Below, in pieces: positions 33,018-48,491 of a DNA stretch of 64,000 bases. Origin of the DNA: the human T2T-CHM13v2.0 reference genome, Homo sapiens; the NCBI RefSeq assembly GCF_009914755.1, contig NC_060927.1; one strand, given 5' to 3'. Every line of letters starts with the position of its first letter. Position 1 is the stretch's first letter. The position numbers were made by a program, and so were the translations under genes. Under the pieces are notes generated by a model, which was given only the letters and a program-made list of their open reading frames with translations, was not told the DNA's origin and made no database searches.

Positions 33018-35871
33018 TATTTTACTTAAAAAGGAAAAGTGACGAATGAATTGAAGACCCAGAAATCAGAACAATGAAAATCAAAGAATTATTATACTTG
33101 AAATAAGCCTGAAAAACAAAGTACTTAAACTCAACCATATTTTTGGATGAAGTTGGATATTATATGTTTACACATGGTAATATTTTTAAAAACTCAGTGA
33201 ATACTGGCATATTCTATTAAAGTTTTCATGTACTTGAGAAGTAAGCAGGAGTTAAGCAAACATTCACCCTTTGCTCTAAGCTACATTTTTTGTCAGGTTT
33301 ATGTGTAAAAGAAATCAGGTTTCCAATTAATTCTCTGAACTAAACTGGAAATAAGACAAAGCTAATTTCCAAAACATTTTACTGCAGTGAACATTTGCTT
33401 AACATAATACGGAGAAAAACAATATACAAATTGTGTGGTTAGAATTTTTTCTTAACTGCTATCAGGAAGGAGACAAATGTGAGTCTAGATGATAAATGAT
33501 GAATAGCCACTGAAAATGGAGGAATTTTGTTAGTGATTCATATCTCTATTTTTTTCATAACAAACTTAATTAAATATATTTTGTCATGAAATCATAATTG
33601 TAATTGATTTTTATGATTTGCATCAATTGTGTTATTTATGAAACCATCGTTTTACTGATGAGTGTGTATGTGTGTGTATCATCACTACAAAAGCTCAAGT
33701 CATTTCATGCTAAAAGAGCCAGTGTCCCATAGTGTTGAAGTTTCTTTTTTATTTTTTTCAAATAAAATAAGCTTTGTGCTTGGGATTTTTTTCTTTTTTT
33801 TTTTGGTTCTGGTAGTGACAGGTGTATTTATAATCAAGTTGAATCAAGAGTGACAAGAAGAAATACAGCTAGAGTTATATTTTTGCCCCAGGGGTATTCT
33901 TTTCCTAGAAGAGCAAGTCCATTTTTAGAAAATTTAAATGTCTTTATTTGTTACTTTCCAAATATTTTGGTTAAACAAATATCTCTTGCAAATGTATCTT
34001 CAAAATCTTTGCCTACATGCATACAATTTGTTCTTCCCAACTGCTTAGGGAAATTCCTTCATTTCATTTTCTGCTAACCTCTAGATAACAGAAATAGGAT
34101 ACCTGGTGAAGGATATGGTCCACTATTGAAGAATAATGATTGTGTAAAGTGAGGGAAACTATATTGACCTTGAAATACGGCAACCAATGGCAAGGTTTGA
34201 GGTGAGGGCCTAGAGCTTCTGCAAAGTGTATATATTTTAGGGAGTCATATTTGGAACAATACATGCTGGACAGTAGAGATATAGGAGAAGTTACATGCTA
34301 TGTCTTCTCATTGATAATATCCATAAATCTGCATACATTTTTAACATTCTGTTTTGTGTTTTTTTTTCTTTAAATTTGGATGTCTCTACACCACTCCTGA
34401 TTTGTAGGACTAAATAGATCTATTTATTCCAATGCAAATTGTGTAACATTTATTTCTTCCTTGATTTTTAAAAATACTTTAGTATTCTTAACTATGTATG
34501 TGCCTTCTCTTACACTGAGTTCTTTTTTGCTCCTTTCAGCTGCTCACACAATCCTGTCTGTTGGAGTCATAGCTGCTAATTCCATATTATTTCTCTACAC
34601 ACCTTGAACATTTAGTGTATTACTGGTACCCTTCTGTGTTCTAGGAAACAAATGAATTGCAAACTGGACTTGTAACAGGATCATACATAGAGCAACAAAT
34701 TAGCTACTGGCTTTGTAAGATAGTAAGTTAGGAATTTCACAGTCATGTCTCCAAATTTCATGGCAGAGTTTAAAAAACAATATAAGACTGTGGTAAGGTA
34801 CAAAGGCAAATGCAATTTGCGTTGACTAATTTCCTAGGACTTATTTCCTTATGTAAAACCCCTGTTCTTTCTTTCCTGCCACAAGACAGGGTACAAAGCT
34901 TTCTAAAACATGCTCTCAGGTGTCCACACCTGAGACATTGCTTTGTGGATACTCTCAAAGGTGTCCACAAAGCAAAAAAATCAGACCAAATGCTAAGAGC
35001 AAGTAACTTATACCTCACCACCTGGACATGGCACTGGCAAAAGTCACTTCAGCATTAGAACAGTAATGTTTTTGCTAAATTACTAAAAAAAAAAAAAAAA
35101 GAAAGAAAGAAGAACTCCGGAAATAATATCTTTGATAAAAATGTTATACTCTAGGATAATTTGAAATCATTTTTGTGAAAGAATTAAATTCATTAAGGCT
35201 ATTCGATGCCATACAAGATTTTCCTTTTACATAAAACAATCTTAAATTACATCTCAAAAATAATTTCTTACACTTTTCTTGATGATAAATGGTTCCTGGC
35301 TATATATTTTATAGGTATTAACATAGTTTATAATTTGGAAATGTTCAATTTCATGGTTACAAAAAAAATCCTGCAAACAGAATGTAATGGTGTGTCAATT
35401 CCAGATGCCCAAATAAAATACAAAATCAAGCAAAACCACACATCGCAGCATTATCATGAGTTTAAGCTATTGAGTATATAACATCAGTTTGTGAGTTCAA
35501 TTCTCCAAATCCTTTCCTTTAAAGTAATAAGTTTATTTCATCTTTATTAATGTCTTCATTACAATTAGCCTTCTACTAATAACAATACAGTTTAGTTTAA
35601 TATTTATGGAGTTCTGATTTATTTTTTCCTTTGCTTTTAAGTGTGCTAATCTTTGTGCACGTGAATTTTCTACCACATTGCAACAAGCAAGCTTTGGTTC
35701 AATTTTCTTGTCCTACACAAAGGAAGATTTTGAGTGCAGAATCTTAGCCACTAGGTCTTGCGTTGTCATTTTATTTTCCTCTCCTTGGGTGGATTTACTG
35801 GAAGGAAATGGGTAAATGGGAAGGAAGGGAAGGGGAAGGGATGAGAGAGGGAAGAAGGGGAGAGTTCTCAG
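31240..35871 (-). other. FGF12: Long 3' UTR of FGF12 (~4.6 kb) with several internal AATAAA hexamers
   Basis: Follows the TAG stop directly; AU-rich; no interspersed repeat recognised. TTTATT on + at e.g. ~31520, ~31975, ~32595, ~33748, ~33943, ~35543. The distal end is inferred. Confidence 0.7.
31257..31262 (-). terminator. FGF12: Candidate distal poly(A) signal (ATTAAA) of FGF12
   Basis: TTTAAT on + equals ATTAAA on -; followed on - by a GU/U-rich element (CATTGTTTT) ~20 nt downstream; lies near the edge of the repeat-free block. Confidence 0.55.
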
Positions 35872-36012
<141 letters not shown>

Positions 36013-37297
36013 TTACTTATGACAGTGGACATAAATTTCCTTCAATAAGCTTTTCAAATTTGATTTTACAATATTCTTCACTCTCATCACAAGCTCTTCT
36101 TCTCATTATAAAAAAACAGTTTTAACTTGATAATCAGTGAATACACTTAATTTTCTTTCAGTTCTTTCAGTCACAACCTTTTAAACTTTTCTTGAACTGC
36201 AGACATTTAAGTAAGTTGTTTCTGTTCTCTCATAGATAAGGCTTGAATCTTTACAGTTTCCTAACTAGAAAACAGGATTTTCATCCAGAGTCAGAGGAGA
36301 CATGGGAAATATTTCGCTTTTTGGTCCTTAGTCTGCAGTCTAATTCGGGTAGGTAAAAAAATATTCATTTACATGTTGCTAATCTTTACCCTACCATAGG
36401 AAATATAATGTATCAAACTGAAATATTTATTGCCATTTCCAGGGCATCCTATGTAAAAAAATAAGGGAGGACAGAGAAGAGGAAAAAAGATGAAGCAATT
36501 TCCCCGACTGCCCTACATTTAGCTAAAGTAAGAAACACAGTCCGTGACTTTGTAGTTTTTCATCAATAGGGAACGTGATTATGCAAGCATGAGACTTCAG
36601 TTCATATCTATATAAACCGTTCTTTTCTCCTCTATTGTATTGTCTGGCTGTGAAGTTCAGTCATCTGTGAGCCATCATGGCTATTCCTAGATAATTGTTT
36701 AGAAAGAACGCTGTTTTCAAATTATTCAAGTTATTCTTACAAAACACATTAATTCAGCTTCATTACACTCTTGTGAAACAGACAAATGTGACTAGATAAG
36801 AGTATATGATATGTCTCAGGTAAATATCAGGAGTTACTTTTATCCTCGGCTTAGGAACAAACAGGTATCTCCACCTATTAAACCATCATGACAAAGATTT
36901 GATAATTTGAATGTTACTTCCAACATCAAATAGCTTCCTCCCTTGAACTTTGAGTGGTTACCGATTTGCGAACCATGCTACCCGGATCCACACCCTGACT
37001 CAGCCATCTCCTAGCCTTGTTAATTTGGACACATTTTCATAAATGAAAAATTGCATGTTTATGAAGATTAAATGCCTTGCATAGAGCAAGTACCAAAAAA
37101 TGTTTATGAAAATTAAGGAGCTGATTTCTTTGTGAGCATTTTGAATAACAGATCTTCAGAGAATATAGAAATAAATTGTTTTGGCTGAAAGTATTCTAAA
37201 TCCAAAACTAGACTAAAACAGAATTTAGAATACAAGTGAGAGTCTCCTGAGACTGGTTCAGTGATGAGGAGACAGATTTCTTCCAACATATTCTATT

Positions 37298-37460
37298 ACA
37301 GAACTTCTTAAATGTTACCGTACATGGGAATCACCTAGGAATATTGTTAAAATGCAGATTATGAATCAGAAGGATTGTAGTGAGCTTGAGAGTCTCCATT
37401 TTAAATAGATCTCAGGTGATGTTGATGCTGATAAAACCCAGACTACACTCTGAGTAGCAG
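37298..37460. mobile_element. MER5-family MITE
   Basis: GAATCACCTAGGAATATTGTTAAAATGCAGATT...CAGGTGATGTTGATGCTG...ACTACACTCTGAGTAGC. Confidence 0.75.
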
Positions 37461-38131
37461 AAAATATATGAATAAAATATGTGTGTTAAGGCTGTTATGT
37501 AAATTAGCCACATATATTTTAATGAGATTTAAAAATATTTCAATTACTGCACGGATGGCTCTTCCAACATCCCCAAAGGACTAAATGCCCTTGGCTGAAG
37601 TAACAGAGTATACAGAGGAAACCAGCTCAGAGAGTAGATCATATAATTTTCAAATGACACAAGTAAGTCATTCAAGTTTGTCTTTCTTCTTCTTTTTTTG
37701 TTTCAACAAATAGAAGATCCTTAGGGAATATCTTGCCAGAATCTTGAAGTTCCCTAAGTCTAATGGTGCTTACCTCTCTTTCTATTATAAGAAAATTAAA
37801 AACTCCAAAATTAAAGCATAGTTTTTTATTTGTGCAAAATACAACCATTTACATAAAACTGCTCAATGCACAGGGGAACGCAAGAAGCAACGAGGTGATT
37901 TAGCTGGAACACTATTCATATGATACCATAAAATAGTTCTTCCCAACTCTGTCACCTAATCAGCTGTGAAAACTTACACATCTGCAGGTCACCCCACAGA
38001 TTGCTAAATCAGAATCTCAATGAATTTACAAAAATCTCCTTTTTCAAAAATAATATATTTTGACCTGCAAATCCTTAAGCTTCATCCAGGGATACTTGAG
38101 GAATAAATTTTCTAATTTTCATTAAAGTGTA

Positions 38132-38431
38132 TTTTTTTTTTTTTTTTTTTTGAGACGGAGTCTCGCTCTATAGCCCAGGCTGGAGTGCTTTGGTGCTATC
38201 TAGGCTCACTGCAAACTCCGCCTCCCGGGTTCATGCCATTCTCCTGTCTCAGCCTCCCAAGTAGCTGGGACTATAGGCACCAGCCACCACGCCTGGCTAA
38301 TTTTTGTATTTTTAGCAGAGATGGGGTTTCACCGTGTTAGCCAGGATGGTCTCGATCTCCTAACCTCGTGATCCACCCGGCTCGACCTCCCAAAGTGCTG
38401 GGATTACAGGCATGAGCCACCGCGCCTGGCC
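38132..38431 (-). mobile_element. AluY
   Basis: T tail; TTCATGCCATTCTCC and GTGTTAGCCAGGATGGTCTCGATCTCC; TSD TAAAGTGTAT at 38123 and 38432. Confidence 0.95.
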
Positions 38432-39789
38432 TAAAGTGTATATTTTTATCATTTTTTAAGCTGAGTTTCTTAGAGTTGCAATTTCCTTTTTAGTTTTTTT
38501 ATGCCACAGATTCTACCCAAAACATTCACTTGGACTTTTATCTTTTTTTTTGTTTTGTTTTCTATTTCTCACTTGCACATAAAATACTTCATTTGTGTCA
38601 ACACACAATGTTACTGTTATAATTACTGCTGCAGATAACTTTTCCAGTAATTTAACCCTGCTGGCCATCCTTATATTGAGCGGTATTGCAAATTGACATC
38701 TGAAAATATACAGTGTTTCAAAAAGACCAAAAGTCACCAGTGCCACAGCAAGATGTAAAATTTGCTCTTTTTCTCATACAACTCATTTTCTAATTTCCCA
38801 ATCTTTGCACTAAATGGAGTAATAAAATTAACGGTTTTGAAAACCTAGTTCATGTCCCAGTTAGAAAACGACAAGTAAAAGGTAGGTTTTCCAGTTCACT
38901 GATGAAAACTGCCCCCCTCCTCAATAAATCAAATAGGTATTTGAATTTCTATACTTCTGTTAACCAAAATAAAAAGATGTTCAGAGAAAGCAAACTAAAG
39001 TTATTCTAGAAACTGCATGCAAATACAAATACGGAGAGCAAAACCTTGGTCAAAGCAATAGATTAAATGTAATTTCTTGAGCATTAATTTTCATTGTTAT
39101 TTACAGGACCTAGGATTCAGTAATATATCTAAGAAGCTGACAAATCAAGGGGAATAAGTCTCAATCAAATTTCTGAATTACAATATAATTTAAAGACCAT
39201 AATCCAATTAGAAAGCAAAGAAAGAATAAAGTACCTCCCTTCAGTAATATAACTGCCTTACTACCATCCATAGTTGCATTAACGCTTAATGACTGCTATT
39301 CTGAATGTACATGGTAAATAATGAAACAAAATTGAGGAAGGAAACAAGGCGTAAGTGTTCTCTAAAGTGCATTATATGTGCAAAATGTAAACGAAAATCA
39401 CCATGATGTATATAGCAGCCTCAATATCATTTCAGAGTATTCAAAGCAATTTTAAATTGATTAACTAAATTTTACAATTATAACCCAGTGAATATAGTAG
39501 GTGAGAAATTATCACCCCCATTTTTTTTAAATATAAAAGAAATTAAGCCACTTCCATAAAGTCAGAGAGTGAGTAGTGGCAGGGCCAGGATGAATATTTA
39601 GGGTTTCAAGGTCCTAGTTAAGAGTTTTGAATAAAATCAGAAATACCATAATTTATCCAACAAACAATGTAAAATGACTGACATATCAGTGTTTGAATTC
39701 TTATGTCTGTATGTTAATCAAGATTTAAGTTGGCCTTAACTTCACTAAATATTCCTAAAGTCATTCAGAAATGGTAATAAAAGAAAACA

Positions 39790-40500
39790 TATGGCTGTTA
39801 TAAACAAAATCAAAAAAGAAAGTAACAAGAGTTGGTGAGTATGTGGAGAAATTGAAACCCTTATTCATTTCTACTTAAATGTAAAATGGCTCAGCCACCG
39901 TGGAAAATGAAATGGTGATTCCTCAAAAAATTAAATACGGATGTACCATATGATCCAGCAATTCCAACTGTAGGTGTACACTCAAAATAAATGAAAGCAG
40001 GGACCCCAGCATCTATCTGTACATCCATGTCCATAGAAGGATTATTCACTGTAGCCAAAAGATGGAAGCACCAAAATGTCCATTGACAAATGAATGGGTA
40101 AATATAATGTGGCCTATACATATAATGAAATATTATTCAGCCTAAAAAACAAAATTCTGACACATACTACAACATGAATGAACCTTGAAGAAATTCTGCT
40201 AGGTGAAATAAGCCAGTTACAAGGAGCCAAATATTGATTCCACTTATGTGAGATACCCAGAGTAGTCAAGTTCACAGAGGCAAAAAATAGAACTGTACTT
40301 GCCAGGGGCTGGGGAAGAATGGGGATTTCTTATTTAATGAGTACAGAGTTTCAGTTGGGGGAGATGAAAAAGTTCTGGAGTTGGATGATGGTGATGTTTG
40401 CACAACAATGTCAATGTACTTAACGGCAATGAAACATATACTTAAAAATGATTAAAATGGTAAATTTTGTATTATCATATTTTACCACAATTAAAAAGCA
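39790..40500 (+). mobile_element. L1MB-like 3' end
   Basis: ORF2-end motifs (GATCCAGCAATTCCAACT, CAACATGAATGAACCTTGAAG) and 3' UTR (GTACAGAGTTTCAGTTGGGG...GAAAAAGTTCTGGAG...GGTAAATTTTGT...TTTTACCACAATTAAAAA). Confidence 0.85.
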
Positions 40501-40713
40501 AACAAACAAACAACTTGTCCTGAATTGTCCTGAGTATAAGGTATAAGAAGTGACTATTAAAGCCAGAGGTGTTCCATTTGCATAGGAAGAGCCAGCAATT
40601 CCCCAATAATAAAAAACATTAGTTTTAGAACTGTATTAAGGAAGAGAGAGTTGAGATATAACTGAGGAGGTACAGGGCGAGGAAAAGGATAGAGAAATCT
40701 GATGAAAATATTC

Positions 40714-40825
40714 TAGGACTGTGCTGCCTAGTATAGCATCCATTTAGCCATATGTGGCCACTGAGCACGTACAATGTAGCTAGTCCTAATTCAGATGAGA
40801 CATAAGTGCAAAAATAAACACTACA
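40714..40825 (+). mobile_element. MER3/MER33-type hAT fragment
   Basis: CTGTGCTGCCTAGTATAGCA...AGCCATATGTGGCCACTGAGCAC...AATGTAGCTAGTCC. Confidence 0.55.
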
Positions 40826-41397
40826 GGACTGGGTAAAATAGGGAGGTGATGACGAATAAGAAGGATAAGGCTAATTTGTGTCAGAGCTTGCTGAATTCCA
40901 GGCCAGAAAATTTAAACCGTGAACATCATATATATCAGGCTCAATATGATAGCAAGTGAAGAGTTAATATACTTAGTTAATTAAGTGATATGATAGCAAA
41001 TGAAGAGTTAACGTCCATCCGACATGAGTGTATAAAGAAAAATCTATTAATTCCTTTATGTAGAAAAATGTCTAGGTTTACGTGATATGGATACAACTAG
41101 TCAGTATAGTCAAGAAAAATCATTCAAACTGAATCTCACTGAGTGAACTCTGTAAGGAATGACTGGCAGCATTTGAACCTTTTTTTTTTATTATTATACT
41201 TTAAGTTTTAGGGTACATGTGCACATTGTGCAGGTTAGATACATATGTATACATGTGCCATGCTGGTGCACTGCACCCACTAACTCGTCATCTAGCATTA
41301 GGTATATCTCCCAATGCTATCCCTCCCCCCTCCCCCCACCCCACAACAGTCCCCAGAGTGTGATATTCCCCTTCCTGTGTCCATGTGATCTCATTGT

Positions 41398-45248
<3,851 letters not shown>

Positions 45249-45284
45249 TTAGTTGATGCAGTTTCTTCCTAGTCTCGATGGTCT

Positions 45285-46300
45285 TTACATTTTGGCATGA
45301 TTTTGCAGCGGCTGGTACCGGTTGTTCCTTTCCATGTTTAGCGCTTCCTTCAGGAGCTCTTTTAGGGCAGGCCTGGTGGTGACAAAATCTCTCAGCATTT
45401 GCTTGTCTGTAAAGTATTTTATTTCTCCTTCACTTATGAAGCTTAGTTTGGCTGGATATGAAATTCTGGGTTGAAAATTCTTTTCTTTAAGAATGTTGAA
45501 TATTGGCCCCCACTCTCTTCTGGCTTGTAGGGTTTCTGCCGAGAGATCCACTGTTAGTCTGATGGGCTTCCCTTTGAGGGTAACCCGACCTTTCTCTCTG
45601 GCTGCCCTTAACATTTTTTCCTTCATTTCAACTTTGGTGAATCTGACAATTATGTGTCTTGGAGTTGCTCTTCTCGAGGAGTATCTTTGTGGCGTTCTCT
45701 GTATTTCCTGAATCTGAACGTTGGCCTGCCTTGCTAGATTGGGGAAGTTCTCCTGGATAATATCCTGCAGAGTGTTTTCCAACTTGGTTCCATTCTCCCC
45801 ATCACTTTCAGGTACACCAATCAGACGTAGATTTGGTCTTTTCACATAGTCCCATATTTCTTGGAGGCTTTGCTCATTTCTTTTTATTCTTTTTTCTCTA
45901 AACTTCCCTTCTCGCTTCATTTCATTCGTTTCATCTTCCATTGCTGATACCCTTCTTCCAGTTGATCGCATCGGCTCCTGAGGCTTCTGCATTCTTCATG
46001 TAGTTCTCGAGCCTTGGTTTTCAGCTCCATCAGCTCCTTTAAGCACTTCTCTGTATTGGTTATTCTAGTTATACATTCTTCTAAATTTTTTTCAAAGTTT
46101 TCAACTTCTTTGCCTTTGGTTTGAATGTCCTCCCGTAGCTCAGAGTAATTTGATCGTCTGAAGCCTTCTTCTCTCAGCTCGTCAAAGTCATTCTCCATCC
46201 AGCTTTGTTCCGTTGCTGGTGAGGAACTGCGTTCCTTTGGAGGAGGAGAGACGCTCTGCATTTTAGAGTTTCCAGTTTTTCTGTTCTGTTTTTTCCCCAT
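45285..46300 (-). pseudogene. L1 ORF1 (RNA-binding protein p40), frameshifted
   Basis: MGKKQNRKTGNSK... (45917-46300) and ...RYQPLQNHAKM* (45285-45992) lie in different frames; apparent 1-bp deletion near 45953. Confidence 0.95.
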
Positions 46301-47194
46301 CTTTGTGGTTTTATCTACTTTTGGTCTTTGATGATGGTGATATACAGATGGGTTTTCGGTGTGGATGTCCTTTCTGTTTGTTAGTTTTCCTTCTAACAGA
46401 CAGGACCCTCAGCTGCAGGTCTGTTGGAGTACCCTGCTGTGAGAGGTGTCAGTGTGCCCCTGCTGGGCGGTGCCTCCCAGTTAGGCTGCTCGGGGGTCAG
46501 GGGTCAGGGACCCACTTGAGGAGGCAGTCTGCCCGTTCTCAGATCTCCAGCTGCGTGCTGGGAGAACCACTGCTCTCTTCAAAGCTGTCAGACAGGGACC
46601 TTTAAGTCTGCAGAGGTTACTGCTGTCTTTTTGTTTGTCTGTGCCCCGCCCCCAGAGGTGGAGCCTACAGAGGCAGGCAGGCCTCCTTGAGCTGTGGTGG
46701 GCTCCACCCAGTTCGAGCTTCCCGGCTGCTTTGTTTACCTAATCAAGCCTGGGCAATGGCGGGCGCCCCTCCCCCAGCCTCGCTGCCGCCTTGCAGTTTG
46801 ATCTCAGACTGCTGTGCTGGCAATCAGCGAGACTCCGTGGGCGTAGGACCCTCCGAGCCAGGTGTGGGATATAGTCTCGTGGTGCGCCGTTTTTTAAGCC
46901 GGTCTGAAAAGCGCAATATTCGGGTGGGAGTGACCCGATTTTCCAGGTGCGTCTGTCACCCCTTTCTTTGACTCGGAAAGGGAACTCCCTGCCCCCTTGC
47001 GCTTCCCAGGTGAGGCAATGCCTCGCCCTGCTTCGGCTCGCGCCCGGTGCGCGCACCCACTGACCTGCGCCCACTGTCTGGCACTCCCTAGTGAGATGAA
47101 CCTGGTACCTCAGATGGAAATGCAGAAATCACCAGTCTTCTGCATTGCTCACGCTGGGAGCTGTAGACCGGAGCTGTTCCTATTCGGCCATCTT
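46301..47194. promoter_or_regulatory. L1 5' UTR: sense promoter (minus), antisense promoter (plus), YY1 site at 47186-47194
   Basis: Only extended CpG-rich segment in the window apart from Alus; GGCCATCTT (reverse complement AAGATGGCC) is the known L1 YY1 motif. Confidence 0.8.
46756..46971 (+). CDS. L1 ORF0 (antisense, 71 aa), reading frame intact
   Basis: ATG at 46756 gives MAGAPPPASLPPCSLISDCCAGNQRDSVGVGPSEPGVGYSLVVRRFLSRSEKRNIRVGVTRFSRCVCHPFL*, the primate L1 ORF0. Expression from this copy is unknown. Confidence 0.75.
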   Translation: MAGAPPPASLPPCSLISDCCAGNQRDSVGVGPSEPGVGYSLVVRRFLSRSEKRNIRVGVTRFSRCVCHPFL

Positions 47195-47450
47195 TCAGCA
47201 TTTGAAACTTTTATGAGTTGTTCTGGTGCTTTGCAAACACAATCACAATTTCGTAGGAATAAATCTAGCTGAAGTCCCACTGTGTGTATAGGGCCCACTG
47301 TTTATCTAATATACCCATTCCAAGTACCATAATTCTGAATGCAATTGAAAGGTGAGGTTCATTTGGGCGATCTAAAACATGTTCTTTTGTTTTGGGGGGG
47401 AGCTTAAGAAGCCTAAACAAACAAAAAATAAATTAAGAATTACTAATGTC

Positions 47451-47485
47451 ATTGCTTCTGGCCTTTTGGCTATGAACAAGTATGG
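47451..47485 (+). pseudogene. 3'-truncated U2 snRNA retro-pseudogene (~35 nt)
   Basis: ATTGCTTCTGGCCTTTTGGCTATGAACAAGTATGG aligns to U2 nt 1-36 (ATCGCTTCTCGGCCTTTTGGCTAAGATCAAGTGTAG); flanked by TSD AGAATTACTAATGTC / AGAATTACTAATACC. Confidence 0.85.
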
Positions 47486-48406
47486 AGAATTACTAATACC
47501 ACATAGAAAATGGGAATCACATGTACTTTATAGTAAAATTTATTCATGATCTTATATAAATATCAGCACTAGAATTTGGAGTTCTGCTATTAATTTCTAA
47601 TCACATACTATTAAGCATTTAGGGGAAACCTTTAGCAAGTATGTCCAGAGAACTGTCTAGGCTCTGACCTTCAATAGCTACATGAATTCTACAACTCTTA
47701 AACTGTGGTTCTCAAATTATTCTTATCCTATGCCAGATTAAGTTTCTCTCTTCCTAATAATCAGATCCTTATTATTAACCAGAAAGATTCCTAGTCCCTT
47801 GATTTGTAGTAGCTCGAAGTGCAATGTATTTCAAGAGGGACTTTTTCCATCTCTTTCTGTTATAATGCGCAATATTATTTCACCAGGAATAGATTTGCCA
47901 TGCTTTAGGAGGTGCTAGAATTTTTTTTAAATCTCTTTTTTTTCTTCAAAAATTATTTTCCTGTTTCCTCTGTGTTATGCACTGGAGGCCACTTCAGCTA
48001 TGAGAACAAAATTTGATATTTTAGTTCTTATGATAAGCAGTAATTTCTAGACTGGAAATAACATGAAAACAAAACAAACAAACAGAAACTCCCTATCTTT
48101 CTTGTCTTCCCAGTTCCCCAATCCTGTTCCACAAAAACTCAGATTCAGTGGCACTTCTCATATGAAATTGGAAGCAAATCCTCTAATTTAGACAATATGG
48201 GATGTTACTAGTTAACTATGTCTCACTCAGGACCTTGGGGCAACACTTGTGATATAGATTTTATTTTCAGCAGGTATGATGTTATAGATAGTACTTAGTA
48301 TAAAACTGATTTAAACTTTGTTTCTCTCTGATTGCACTTGATACTATTTTTCCAACACAGTTTCAGTACCCAAATTTCAAGGATGTTCAGTGTCCTAAAG
48401 ATGCAA

Positions 48407-48491
48407 GGCCTGCAAGATAAATAAACAATGTTATTTCCCTTTCATCTGGCCTGCAAGATAAATAAACAATGTTATTTCCCTTTCATCTGGC
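48407..48491. repeat. Perfect 41-bp tandem duplication
   Basis: GGCCTGCAAGATAAATAAACAATGTTATTTCCCTTTCATCT twice, plus GGC. Confidence 0.97.

Noticed and set aside
35692-35698. miR-9 7-mer seed match (ACCAAAG) in the UTR
   Set aside because: A single 7-mer in 4.6 kb is expected by chance, and conservation cannot be assessed here.
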